Shown: piece after piece, positions 53,002-64,000 of the stretch | Layout of the letters: each line of letters starts with the position of its first letter | Position numbering within the stretch: position 1 is the stretch's first letter | Source: Phoronis australis | Lineage: Eukaryota; Animalia; Phoronida | DNA: 64,000 nucleotides | Assembly (NCBI GenBank): GCA_002633005.1 | Contig: NMRA01000397.1 | Span: 159,217-223,216 of the forward strand | Reading direction: 5' to 3' | Notes under the pieces: model-generated | The model's input: the letters and a program-made list of their open reading frames with translations, nothing else | What the model was told of the DNA's origin: nothing | The model's database searches: none | Program-made: the position numbers and the translations under genes

Positions 53002-54049
53002 CTGTATTCACCTTAATAATCGCCCAGGATGCTTAGAAAAATTTGTTTTGGGGAGGTGCTTATTGTAGACTAGAGCGATTGAAACCCGATCTCTGAAACA
53101 AATTTACGCTCTGCGACTTATCTGTATCCTATGACAAACTTTCCACAAAATTGTGGTGCATTGCTATCAAATTTCGCTGTTAAATTACTACCCTTTTTCA
53201 GAAAATTGTGCGGAAATCCCAGGGCGAAAACTCGCCGACTGATGTGTCGCTGCCTCGCGATCGTCGATAGGGCAACTTGAATTCTTGAATAAAAAAAATT
53301 TCGACTCAACAAATTACCTGAAATCCTACTTAAGTTTTCTAAATAGCGTCCCTTATATATTTAAGCTCCTGTGGAGTCAGGATTAACCGCAGATTTAGTC
53401 CAAACCTACACTAGATCGCACCACACAACACGAGAAAAATATGGACGAACAGCTACGAACATACATGTTGTTGTCACGTAACGTTTGTTTTCAAATTCGT
53501 ATGAATATGTGTGCCGACTTAGCGAGCTTGTGCATGTCATCACAGTTCATTTGCTAGAGCGGCCGGCATGTATGTAGCGTGGGTTTCCTGGCCACACTGG
53601 TCACGTTTTTTATTAGTCTTCGATTCGCGGTTTTCACGTGTACAAAGAAATCTGGATTCCTGTTGAGGGAGAAGATCTGTACGGGAACGATACAATACGA
53701 TCCAAGTATGCTGTGTCTGTTTTGAAAGGCCAGAACATATCAGGACATGTCCCACGCAAGATCACCAAACTTTTGCATTCTTTTTGAAGCACGGCGGAAG
53801 TTTGAAGTGTACAGCCAACATCAACATAGCGGCGAGGCTCGTGGTCTACAAATTCCGTGCACAATGATTTTTTTAGGACTTTCGGATGTTATTGATAAAT
53901 AGAAGACATTACTGTAGAATTTTAGAACAGTTGATAAGGCATTTTTTGCATGTACATGGCGTTTATGGACTGGGCGCTTATTTTAGCAAAGTCTGAAAAC
54001 GCTTGGGGGGTGCTTATAGGGTCTTGGGCGCTTATTAGGGTGAATACGA
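53002..54049 (+). mobile_element. Second copy of the Tc2-like element with HIRAN-like relic (ORF at about 53617-53880)
   Basis: TA|CTGTATTCACCTTAATAATCGCCCA ... TGGGCGCTTATTAGGGTGAATACG. Encodes SSIRGFHVYKEIWIPVEGEDL...KYAVSVLKGQNISGHVPRKIT / FFLKHGGSLKCT / RGLQIPCTMIF across frameshifts. Confidence 0.85.
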
Positions 54050-54237
54050 AAACTGGAAATCTTGGGAGTCAGCATAATGACGAGTATCAGCGTTAACCCA
54101 TACCGATACTGTGGTTGTGCATGACAAATGGTTTTTCTTCAACTCTTTACATTAAGCATGCACATTGAAGTTTATATAAATATTGTACCAACAAAAGGAC
54201 AACATCGTGTTTAGAAAGGACTAACTTGTACATTTAC

Positions 54238-54391
54238 CTATCTGGCTGACGAGCTGAATCACTTTTGATTTCCATCTCCTTTATCAGAGAAGCTACGACT
54301 TCCTCATGCTCATGCGCCACCAGGTGTAGATCCTGTCGTAGACAGTGGAGACCTGGCAGCATGGACTCTTTGATCAGTCGCTGACTGACAA
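54238..54391 (-). CDS. RELCH: RELCH homolog, penultimate coding exon
   Basis: tttcaacag|TT...GATAG|gtaaat. (F)VSQRLIKESMLPGLHCLRQDLHLVAHEHEEVVASLIKEMEIK matches RELCH FISEDLMVNHFLPGLRCLRTDMEHLSPEHEVILSSMIKECEQK as recalled. Confidence 0.92.
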
Positions 54392-54531
54392 CTGTTGAAA
54401 ATGTGGTTAAGGAAAAGTACTGACAACAAGGACAGTGACATCATAATATTAAGAAATGGTCAAATTGACATTAAATTACACTATAAACTGAGACTATGAC
54501 ACAAGATGCAAATATGCCAATCATTATTTAA

Positions 54532-56233
54532 AGGAGAATGCCACCCGATTTAATTAGTCTTTTTTATCATAACAATCAGTCTGTATCCACATCGCCTCTT
54601 ATAGGGTCGACCTCACCTTACCAAGAGGTGTTGCATTAGCCTGTGAGGAAGTTGAGAAATGACGCAGCGACGTCAGTGGTTCGTCTGCAGAGTGAATGCC
54701 GCTATATTGCGGTGCATTGTTCCTGCTTGTCTTAACTATGAAGCTGCGAAGAAAGCGGGTGTATTGTTTTTTAGACTTCCTCGAGAGCCCGAAATGCTTA
54801 GGAAGTGGCTCAGGGTAGTGAATAACGAAAAGTACGCTGTTAATAGCTAGTATGAGGCCGTGAAACATCTCCATGTCTGTGGCTGGCATTTCGTCGACAG
54901 TGATTTCTCTGACGAATTGCGGCTTACCAAAGAACTATCAATACGTTCCGTTTTCCTGTGCATGTTCACGGCGCCTCTATAGTTGTTTTTGGTCAGTGTA
55001 TTCCGGTTCGAACTGACAGCCTGTGAAACCTAACCGAACTGTGAAGTCTTCATCGGATGTGAGCTCTTGACTAAGTCGGGATTGGCGCCGGGCGAGTTGC
55101 CATGTAGATGTTTATTATTGTGCGTTCTGTTTCAAAATGAATTGTTCTCATCCTAACCAATGCTTATACAAAACTGAAACAAAGTCTGTCTCATTAGATG
55201 AAATTTGTAATGCCTTTGCAGTATTCGTGAGTGCAAATGTTGAGAAGCCAGCAATGAATAAACCACTGCATTAGCGGCTTTTGATGCCGGCAACACAGGT
55301 AATTGACCGGGCACCGAGGCCGTGTGAGCGCATGCTAATTCAGTGTTTGCTGACAGAAAGCTGTTGTGAAACAATTACTCGATTTTATATGTTATGGTCA
55401 CATGTTAGGGGAATCTTTATTTAGAAATACAAATACGTTATTCAAACAATTGTTACTCATTGTACAACCTTTGCCTTGATGGCCTGTGGAAGGGGAACCT
55501 GACTTCGCGCAGGCCCCCGACTAGTAAGTAGATTTTTAGTTTCGTGGATAATTCACATAAATAATTACGTGCATATCATTTCTTTAGCTCACTATTATAG
55601 TCTTTTCATGACTGGAGGTTTAGTTTCCAACTCAAGCTGGTTTATGTTCGTGCCAGTCCCGGCGGTCGCGATGGGCCTGATCAGGTTCTGAGCCACTGGT
55701 TGGGATAACGAGTCAGTCCGGCCGCGACGGGCCTGATCGGGTTCTGAACCACTGGCTGTTATAACAAGCATTTTGTGTGTTTAGAACTCAAAAATCACAA
55801 ATCTAAACAACACAGGTCAAGGTTCTCCTATCTGTATTTCACGGAAGAATACTTCGAATTTATCTCCAAACAAACCCCAAACTCCTGCTACGTGGACCTT
55901 GGTAAATTGGCCTGGCTGCAGTGTGTCCAAATACCAACTTCCGTAACAGCCAAATAAAACAACACATTTTTGTAAGAACTTGGTGTATTTTTAAGGGTTT
56001 TACATCGAACTTTGACGATTTATTGGTGTTAAACGATGAATTCAAGCGATAAGCTGACACCAGTAACACGTGTTGTGAACTGCTGAACAGACTGCGTGTG
56101 AAACCTATGACGTCACTGGATAATTTCAACACCTCCGTCTGCCGTCAGGTAACGCAACCGAACGTGCCGTTATGGAGTAGAACTACGATCGAAATTGATA
56201 CAAAATAGGTTATTTTTTGGGTGGCATTCTCCT
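54532..56233 (+). mobile_element. Kolobok DNA transposon, internally deleted, with a THAP-domain relic at about 54696-54960
   Basis: TTAA|AGGAGAATGCCACCC ... GGGTGGCATTCTCCT|TTAA gives a perfect 15-bp TIR and TTAA duplication. CIVPAC...FFRLP...KW...(stop)...HVCGWHF...RL...SVF is a C2CH THAP finger, as in Kolobok transposases. Confidence 0.9.
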
Positions 56234-58292
56234 TTAAAGATTGTTACATAGCTTGTATAATTGTGAAATTGGAGATCTAAAACGTGACCTCCTCCAAAAG
56301 TATTAATCATTATATTTACTGTTACCGGGAAGTCAATCTTGTGGAGTTATTTGAAAATCTTTCAATCCCAACTTTAGGTATACTAGCGTATCACTGCATA
56401 ACATGAAATACTGTCTAATCACCATTTACAGCTTAAGTAGCTACCAGGCACATGCTCTGAATGGTGAACTGAGGTTTAGGCAGGATCAAAGTAGACAAAT
56501 GAAAACAGTTCAGTGTAATTTGTATTGACCAACATTATGGTCCACTCACAGACTCTGAAGCAATGTGCAAAAGCCACTGGTTCATTAAATGCTGGAAAAT
56601 GACACATCACAGGTGGCACAGACTTCCATGGTGAACCGAAGTACTACTGGTTGAAGAATTAAGAAACTGCAGCCATATACATTAGGCAAATCTTAACACT
56701 ACCAGGATTTGCACACAAGTAGACAAGAAAGCATGCATTGTTTACCCCAAAAGTATCCAGCGAAGTCATTGACACATCAAAGCTTTGATGGCGCTGTCAC
56801 TGATTGAAGTGAGGAAGTCGCTATTCACGTGCTGGATGAGATAATTGTGGTCGTAAACCAACACGCCTGTTTAGGGTCGAGTTTCAAAAAATGGTCACAT
56901 CTTGATTATCAAAAGATTATTGTCAGTGTCGAAAATTCTCAATCGCTACAACTGATCTGGTAAAAAATCATGCCATAAAAGGGCAGAGCACTAGGCATTC
57001 ACAAAATAGCAGGTCTTGTCTACTTATTCTTATGAAGAACATTCATGAGGTTTAGCAGAAATAAAGATAATCTCAAAACAATGTAATGAGCACAGCACTT
57101 GTTGGAATCTGCTCAAAACTGGCAGCTGACATCATAGCCAAAATGGAATGGTCACTAGGAAGTGCTGCAGTAGTCAAATCTGCAGTCAAATACCCGTCAA
57201 AGTTTCACTGAAATCTACCAACTGCTTCTCTAGAATCATCCAGAAATACTGAAAAAAACTCTTGTCAAATCATGGCCGTTAGAGTGTGTGATGCAGTGAA
57301 TGAACCCATCCAAAAATCGACTGGTACCAATTGCATTATCGCCACCTTCCCCTGTGTCAAGTGTCATTGAAATCCATGTTCTCTAGACATTATCTGCGTG
57401 ATGCTGTTTCCCCCCCTGAATAAACTAAAAAGTCCCACAACTCTGGCCCTGGGGTGTGGCATGCTGCGTTCTAGTCATGCCCTACATAACCGTTGTGCAA
57501 AATTACATCACGATCCGACCAAGATCTTTTTGAGATATTGAGTGGACATCCGGACAGGATGATGACAATGTGCAACCACATATATGTCGGGATGTATAAC
57601 AATTATATTATTTAGTGCTGATTCAGTCTCGCAGTCCCTTCATAAAACCACAGGAGGTAAAAATTACTCTTTTGTTATCAGATAAATATTCGTGAAATTG
57701 GAACGAAATTTAGAATACTTTTTAAACATGAGTTGTGGAAAAAATCTTTTAGTAGCATACATGGTGCGTTGCTCTGTACTGAGCTCTGGACTGTTTTAAC
57801 AAAAACTAAGAAACTAAAATGGATCCAAAGATTTCAGGAAGGTGAATCCACTGGACATAGCATTTGGAAGTCTAAAACGAACGGTTTCCTAAATGTTATG
57901 TAGGACCCTAAAAACTTCCAATTTTGGCTAACTTCCGAACATCATGTCTAAGAAATGGCTGATCAGATTCACATGAAACATTCAGAAACTATGCTTTGTG
58001 CACAGTTAGGAATTGCTTAAAAAACATTTCACTATTGCACGAGGGGCATATCAAAATAGGACTTTTATGATTGTCATGAAACAAAGGAAAAGTTACATAA
58101 AACAAAACAATTTAGAAAACAATAACAGTGTTTCTGAAAATTCATCTTGAATATTTACATTAACTAAATTCAGTTATTTATTGCAATCAGTATGTCTTTC
58201 AATTTTGCTAAATTTTACTAAAAGACATGGTCACGTGACCCAATTCATGGCACATTGATAAAAACTCAAGTCATGTCTTCAACCAGAAAATT

Positions 58293-58510
58293 CATGCACG
58301 CACCCAGCCTTTAATATGGGGGGCTCAAATTGCTGGCGACGTGGACCTTTTGCTGACAAAAAAGCGGGAGGACTAAAAAAAAAACGAAGTACCACCTTCA
58401 CTACTGTGCGTCTACGCTTTTTTAGTGGACTTCTGTCTCGTTTTCTCGGATTTTTTGTTTCTCTGAGGCAGACCTTTTTGCCCACTTCGCCAAAGCTGGG
58501 TGCGCGCATG
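58293..58510 (+). mobile_element. 218-bp MITE
   Basis: TIRs CATGCACGCACCCAGC / GCTGGGTGCGCGCATG, flanked by AAATT on both sides. Two more copies lie in the window. Confidence 0.8.
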
Positions 58511-58775
58511 AAATTATACTGAATTATTTAGGTTCGTAGATATTGAAATACACAGATTAGCCATCATAGTCCTAGTACATAACTTTAATATCACACAAAC
58601 CTAGGGACAGTGTCATTATTGCGACACAGTTTGCTTGTTCGTCATCACAGACAATTCATTAGATTTTACAGTCCTCCTCACTGCAGCAAACGTGGAATAG
58701 CATCTTTAAAGGAAATAAAACAAAGATGCCTCCATTGCTACACATTGTGACAGCAGAAACTGATGCAAAGGATAC

Positions 58776-58892
58776 AGCAACACGAAAGAGCACTGTAAGC
58801 TTCAAACAAGTGTAAGGCTACATCTTGTTTCTTGGTCTCATTATCACAGTGGTTGTTCGTAGCTGCAATGATAGCCAGCCTCGGCAGAATAA
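58776..58892 (-). CDS. RELCH: RELCH homolog coding exon (gene continues beyond the right edge of the window)
   Basis: ttattttgtag|TT. ILPRLAIIAATNNHCDNETKKQDVALHLFEAYSALSCC contains HLFEAYSALSCC, as recalled for vertebrate RELCH/KIAA1468. Confidence 0.93.
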
Positions 58893-59191
58893 CTACAAAA
58901 TAAAAGAACAGTGGCATAAGTTATAAACAAATTTTGCATTGTTGGATACACAATTTCTTCTAGTAAAAATGTCACAGTAAAAATATTGCAGTTTTCTCTG
59001 ATTTCCACCAAATTAGCAGCAGAATACAACAATAACAAAGATGGTTTTTCCCCGCCGTCTTGCTAAAAACACCAAGGAACTGTTAGCGTAACTGCAACAT
59101 CTTAGCACCTGGCAAATTTTCACTAGCAAAACGTGAGTGCTGTAACCAGACTTAATGTGAATGAGACAAGAGAGGTTACAGACTACAACAT

Positions 59192-60876
59192 ACAAGAGCA
59201 ACACGGAGCACTGAAACGCATCCACGACTGCACCGCAAACAGTGTGCTTTTAGGGGTTGTATTTAGTACCCTAAAAATGGCCATTAGATGGCTCAGAATA
59301 CATTGAACCATACAAAAATGGGAAGCTGTCTTCATCTCTAAGCTATTTGCCAAAATCATGAAACTCCATCTAAAAACTCCAAAGATACCAACATAAAGCA
59401 AATTGCCATTAGGAACCACAGGCACAGATTCAAAATATGCACTAGGAGGCATCACAGATAAGTCGGTGCATTTAAAAAATTATCGTCAGAAAGCACAATT
59501 ATGACAAATTTCATAGGACTCAAATATAATAAAAGCAGCCACTAGGAGGTGTGTACTATGTCAAATCCATCTGAAAATGGAAAGATGTCATTGCTAATAA
59601 AACTGGATATCGAAGAAAACAGAAAAAAATTATCAAAGGTCCTACAGAGGGTTTAGGAGATATAGACACTGACACAAAAAACTACTACTAGGAGGAGTCA
59701 GTGTAGTTACAGCTGTCTGAAGATAATCATAAGCAATCCTTTTCTCAGTAGAAACGTGTGAAATTTCATTATCATCCTTACAGTCGTTTGGTGAATAAAT
59801 GGAGCACATGGCAAAAAACAGGATTGTGAATAGTAAAAAATGGCTACCAGATGGCGCAAAATATGTTAAAATCCTTTTGAAAAGGGGAACACCTCATCGT
59901 TTCTTTAACAAAAACCTATTTGCCATATTGCATAAAAATCCGCCCAGGAACACCAAAGAAACACAGGAAAATGGAAAAAACTAAATTGTCACCAGAGGGC
60001 ATAGCATTTGTTGCATCTGTGCGAAAGTCATCACTGTCCGTTGTCAAATTCATGTAAACACTTTTGCTAAATTTAATAAAGATCATGCAGTGGGTTTAGA
60101 AGATATAGCTATTGGCGGGGAAAAAACTACCNACTACTACTAGGAGGAGTCAGTGTAGTTACAGCTGTCTGAAGATAATCATAAGCAATCCTTTTCTCAG
60201 TAGAAACGTGTGAAATTTCATTATCATCCTTACAGTCGTTTGGTGAATAAATGGAGCACATGGCAAAAAACAGAATCGTGAATAGTAAAAAATGGCTACC
60301 AGATGGCGCAAAATATGTTAAAATCCTTTTGAAAAGGGGAACACCTCATCGTTTCTTTAACAAAAACCTATTTGCCATATTGCATAAAAATCCGCCCAGG
60401 AACACCAAAGAAACACAGGAAAACGGAAAAAACTAAATTGTCACCAGAGGGCATAGCGTTTGTTGCATCTGTGCGAAAGTCATCACTGTCCGTTGTCAAA
60501 TTCATGTAAACACTCTTGCTAAATTTAATAAAGATCATGCAGTGGGTTTAGGAGACATAGCTATTGGTGGGGAAAAACTGCCACTAGGAGGTGCCACAGT
60601 AGTCAAAGTCATTGGAAAATTATCGTCAACTGTCTTCTTCACACTAAGAAAGTATATGCCAATTTTCACAATCATCCTTGGGGCGAACGTCAAAAAGCAG
60701 ACTCGAAAACAGTAAACATGGCCACTAGGTGTTACAAAATACCTTGAATCCAACGGAAAATGGATACCTATGTGCCAAATATGAAAATCCATTGCGGTTC
60801 TTTGAAGATGCAGAGGTATAAGTAACAAAAAATAAAACTGCAACTGGAGGACACACCAATTGTTGGATCTGTCCGA
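59192..60876 (-). mobile_element. HINE-like element with an internal 452-bp near-identical duplication
   Basis: Starts ACAAGAGCAACACGGAGCACTGAAACGCATCC and has periodic CCA(C/T)TAG / ACCAGATGGCGC motifs. Confidence 0.75.
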
Positions 60877-61871
60877 GTTATAAACTCTGTGAGCGTTCAC
60901 CACAATGTTAGAAGCCTTTGAAAAACAAAAAAAGGTATATATGGATATTATTCTTGTCCAAAATTGGTGAGACATTACCATAAGAGACAAACTGTATTGA
61001 TTCTAGATAAGAATTATCATCTTATTAATACTATCTTTCAACAGCGTTTTGCCAAACTCATCAGTTACTAGGTAATCTTACATAATACAAGCCAAAAGTG
61101 TTCAACTATGATATATGTCAGTTTCGGTGATGTACTTAATATTTATCCTGGACCTGATATCATAATTGTTCATTGATCTATATATGATAATGAAATAGAA
61201 ATGACGCGTGTCCCCTGACCATTGCTATCAGTTAATCTGAACTAAGCACAAATGCCAAACCAGCAATGAAGTGCTGATTAGTTAGAGTGCATCAGTTGAT
61301 GAATGTCTGTTCATCCAGAAGAGTTTGTTCTGTGATGGACAGCTTACGCAAAACAATGTGGACAATCATTAATATATAATTACCCATGCTATCTGGGATT
61401 ATCTGGGATACTGATCATTCTTGTTCCTCAGAACAAAAATAGAATTTGATTTGACAAAACAAAGAACAGTGCAGAAAATTTCTACTCTCGGGAAACTTAT
61501 TTCAATCAGCAAATCAAACAACAAAGCACCAAGGTTCCAGCCTAGAAAAACATCACATCTTTTTTGAAATGAAGTTTAGTAGATTTTTCTAAAGAAATTG
61601 TTTTTCTTATGCAGTTGTTATGAACTTTACATGACAGGATTTTATATTCAATCTATTTTATTGATATTAGCTAAATAGTAGATTCATGGGAAGAGATATA
61701 ATAAAATGTGCCTGATGTCCGCAACTTTATATATGATTAGCTTTGTTTCGAAAGTAGCAAACCTAAAAACCTTGTGTGAGACATTTTTTCTGAAAAATGG
61801 GAGAATTTTATTGTATTTATGGGCTCAATGTAACATGATTCTTAAAAAAGTCAACAGAGAGACAGATATTG

Positions 61872-62310
61872 AAATAAGAGCAATGCAGAACACTGAAATG
61901 TCCTCATCCACTGCACCACAAACGGTATGCTTCCAAGGGTGTTAATGATACATAAAATTGGACTAATAGGGTTAAAGCTGGAAATACACTGGTGTTGGGG
62001 CATTCCAGCCTTTACACCGCTCCGTCAAGGTTCATCAAAAAAACTATCAAACCATTTTGACAATAATCTAAGAACAGGAAATATCAAGAGTCCAAATGGC
62101 TAACAGGGGGTGTCATGGAAGTCTAAATTCTGTCTGATAATCCACTGGTGTCGCCAGATCACAGTCATAAACCCTCGAGTCAAGTTTCATAAAGTGTCAA
62201 GGCACTAACTGTGACAATAATCAATGAACCAGCAATTTCTTGACAAGAGCTATAATGACCAGCAGGGGCAGCTACAATAGTCGAATCCACCTACATATAT
62301 GTGAGGGCCA
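61872..62310 (-). mobile_element. Diverged short HINE-like copy
   Basis: AATAAGAGCAATGCAGAACACTGAAATG start and a CCTACATATATGTGAGG hairpin-like end. Confidence 0.5.
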
Positions 62311-62651
62311 ACTGACACCTCACTATTCACTAGGTCATGCTCAGTACATGAAATGGCACTTTAATTGTGACAAATCAACTTGTAGAGCTTGACCTCAAGC
62401 AGTAATGAACTGTCAGATGTTTCGAAGCCCAGAAATAATCTAATATTTGATTACAAGCTAAAATCCTAGACCAATTTCATAATAGTAAGTAATCTTAATC
62501 AAAAGTTGTTTTTTGTGATGGAATGTGGTTTTGTAAGAGCTTCAACCATTATAAAACTCATCTCACCTTGAATAACTAAATATTTATAGGCTTGTGAAGA
62601 ACATACAGTTCATAATTGTTCAAGTTCTCATTGCTCCAGGCCATTCTTGTG

Positions 62652-63485
62652 GGATTGTTCTGAAACCCCCTCAACCCCCACACCCCTCAACCCATGACCC
62701 CTTCGATCCACAACCCACTGGACCCACGACCTGTGGCAATAGAGGTATCTGTGCACTTTTTACATATTTCATAATCTTATTACGTCACAAGGTAACTTTC
62801 CCATAAGACATACCTACATGTGAGTCTGCTCTGGCTGAAGTCTGGTAATTAAAAACAGAAATTGGCGTGAGAACGCTGCTGGTCTAGAATAGTGCATTGT
62901 GAGAGTGCTATTGTTGTCACGGAAATAGTTCCACAAGCGGCTATCAATGGCTCAGTTCTAATAAACTTAGGGAGAGAGCACGTTAACGTGAATATACATA
63001 ATTTCATATTTTTATTATTTGCCTTATATTGTATATTCGTTTATAATATACTCCATATAACATTACAATACTTTTTAGTTAAGAGTTTGTTTTTTCAAAC
63101 TGTATTTACTGGTGACATTACACTGTTGGTTCCTCGCACTCTTTGCAAAAATTTGAATTTGCAATTCACTGAAGAGCAGACGAGATGATCACACTCTGCC
63201 GGGAACGACATTTGTAACGTTGGTAAGTCTTTGATTTGATTGTGTTTTTTTCTGATTTTGGATTTCAAACGTGCCAAATCGACTGCCTAAATTGCAAGAA
63301 AACAGTGAAAAGCCAGCCGAGCCCACGGCCCAATTCACTGGTCTTACAAACCGATGCTTGTTCTATGTTCAGATTGATTCGAGCTTGTGTAGACTGGGTC
63401 AATGGTGTTGTGGGTCATGGGAGTTGTGGAGGTCATGAGTTGAGGGGAGTGGGTCGAGGAGGTCGAGGGGGTTTCAGAACAATCC
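62652..63485. mobile_element. Mutator/MuDR-type non-autonomous element
   Basis: TIR GGATTGTTCTGAAACCCCCTC / GAGGGGGTTTCAGAACAATCC with a perfect 9-bp target duplication ATTCTTGTG (62643-62651 and 63486-63494), plus C-rich/G-rich subterminal repeats. Confidence 0.88.
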
Positions 63486-63712
63486 ATTCTTGTGGCATAA
63501 CTTTAGTAACAGTGCAATCATCAAGCCAGTCTGGTCTAAGTTACTAACAGCTTCTTAAAATGTACTGCAAAATCCATTTTCTGACCATTTTTTTGACCAA
63601 TGTTTCAAATGGATCTATCAGTGTTGTGGATGCCACACTTTTTCAAAACTGTGTTTAATGGTAGCTGTGGAACAAAACCAGAACATGGAAGACCATTTAA
63701 TACATTGTGCTA

Positions 63713-64000
63713 CCGTATTTGCCCTAATAAGAGCCCAACATTTCAGGAGGGGGGCGCAAACACAGTTGAAACCCTGTCTCCGAAACGGATGAAATTGGAA
63801 GCTAGGATTTATTAAATTTACGTGCTGTAACGTACCTGTAACCTATTGACAGACTTTCCACAAAGTTGTGGTGCATTGCTATCAAACGTTGTTAAATTAC
63901 AATCCTTTTTCAGAAAATTATATGGAAATCTCAGGGCGAAAACTCGCCGACTGATGCGTCGCTACCTTGCGATCGACAATAGGGCAATTTGAATTCTAGA
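63713..64000 (+). mobile_element. Third copy of the Tc2-like element (cut by the window end)
   Basis: TA|CCGTATTTGCCCTAATAAGAGCCCA start. Shares GTGGTGCATTGCTATCAAA and GGGCGAAAACTCGCCGACTG with the 21064 and 53002 copies. Confidence 0.85.

Larger units (their letters stand above)
54392..58775 (-). other. U12-type (minor spliceosome) GT-AG intron of RELCH
   Basis: 5' splice site |GTATCCTTT at 58775. Branch site TTCCTTAAC at 54414-54406 ends 14 nt before the intron end, with no long polypyrimidine tract. Both are the canonical U12 consensus. Confidence 0.93.

Noticed and set aside
59799-60436. Two identical 61-aa ORFs as a duplicated gene
   Set aside because: They lie inside a non-coding repeat and a probable assembly duplication.
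61250-61350. Possible intronic C/D snoRNA (TGATG/CTGA words)
   Set aside because: No proper box C/box D pair with a terminal stem.
58893-64000. Next upstream RELCH exon (expected to end near ...RDE)
   Set aside because: No matching peptide with splice sites found; presumably beyond the window.
1-64000. tRNA, rRNA or prokaryotic operon/defence system
   Set aside because: No cloverleaf or rRNA signature seen; gene structure is spliceosomal and coding density is very low.

Overview
Eukaryotic (animal) genomic DNA: AT-rich, intron-rich and full of transposon relics. An invertebrate, plausibly molluscan, origin is my inference only. Three protein-coding genes are supportable. (1) The last eight coding exons of a VIRMA/virilizer (KIAA1429) orthologue lie on + at 561-11042, all with GT-AG junctions in phase. 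(2) A RING(C3HC3D)/TRAF-zinc-finger/coiled-coil E3 ligase of the RNF151/NRDP1 type lies on - at 15286-16125 in one coding exon, convergent with VIRMA. (3) The last three coding exons of a RELCH (KIAA1468) orthologue lie on - at 50509-58892, including a textbook U12-type (minor spliceosome) intron. About 34 kb between the RING gene and RELCH holds no recognisable host CDS, only MITEs, a Gypsy pol relic, an unclassified TIR element and a 602-N gap. The most unusual observations are: a Helentron-like repeat with a CTCF-consensus-like motif every ~145 bp; a Tc2-like family carrying a HIRAN-like passenger ORF; a Penelope-type fold-back with degenerate hammerhead cores in the presumed VIRMA 3' UTR; and a coding-like island inside the RELCH U12 intron. 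All homology calls come from recalled motifs; no searches were run.
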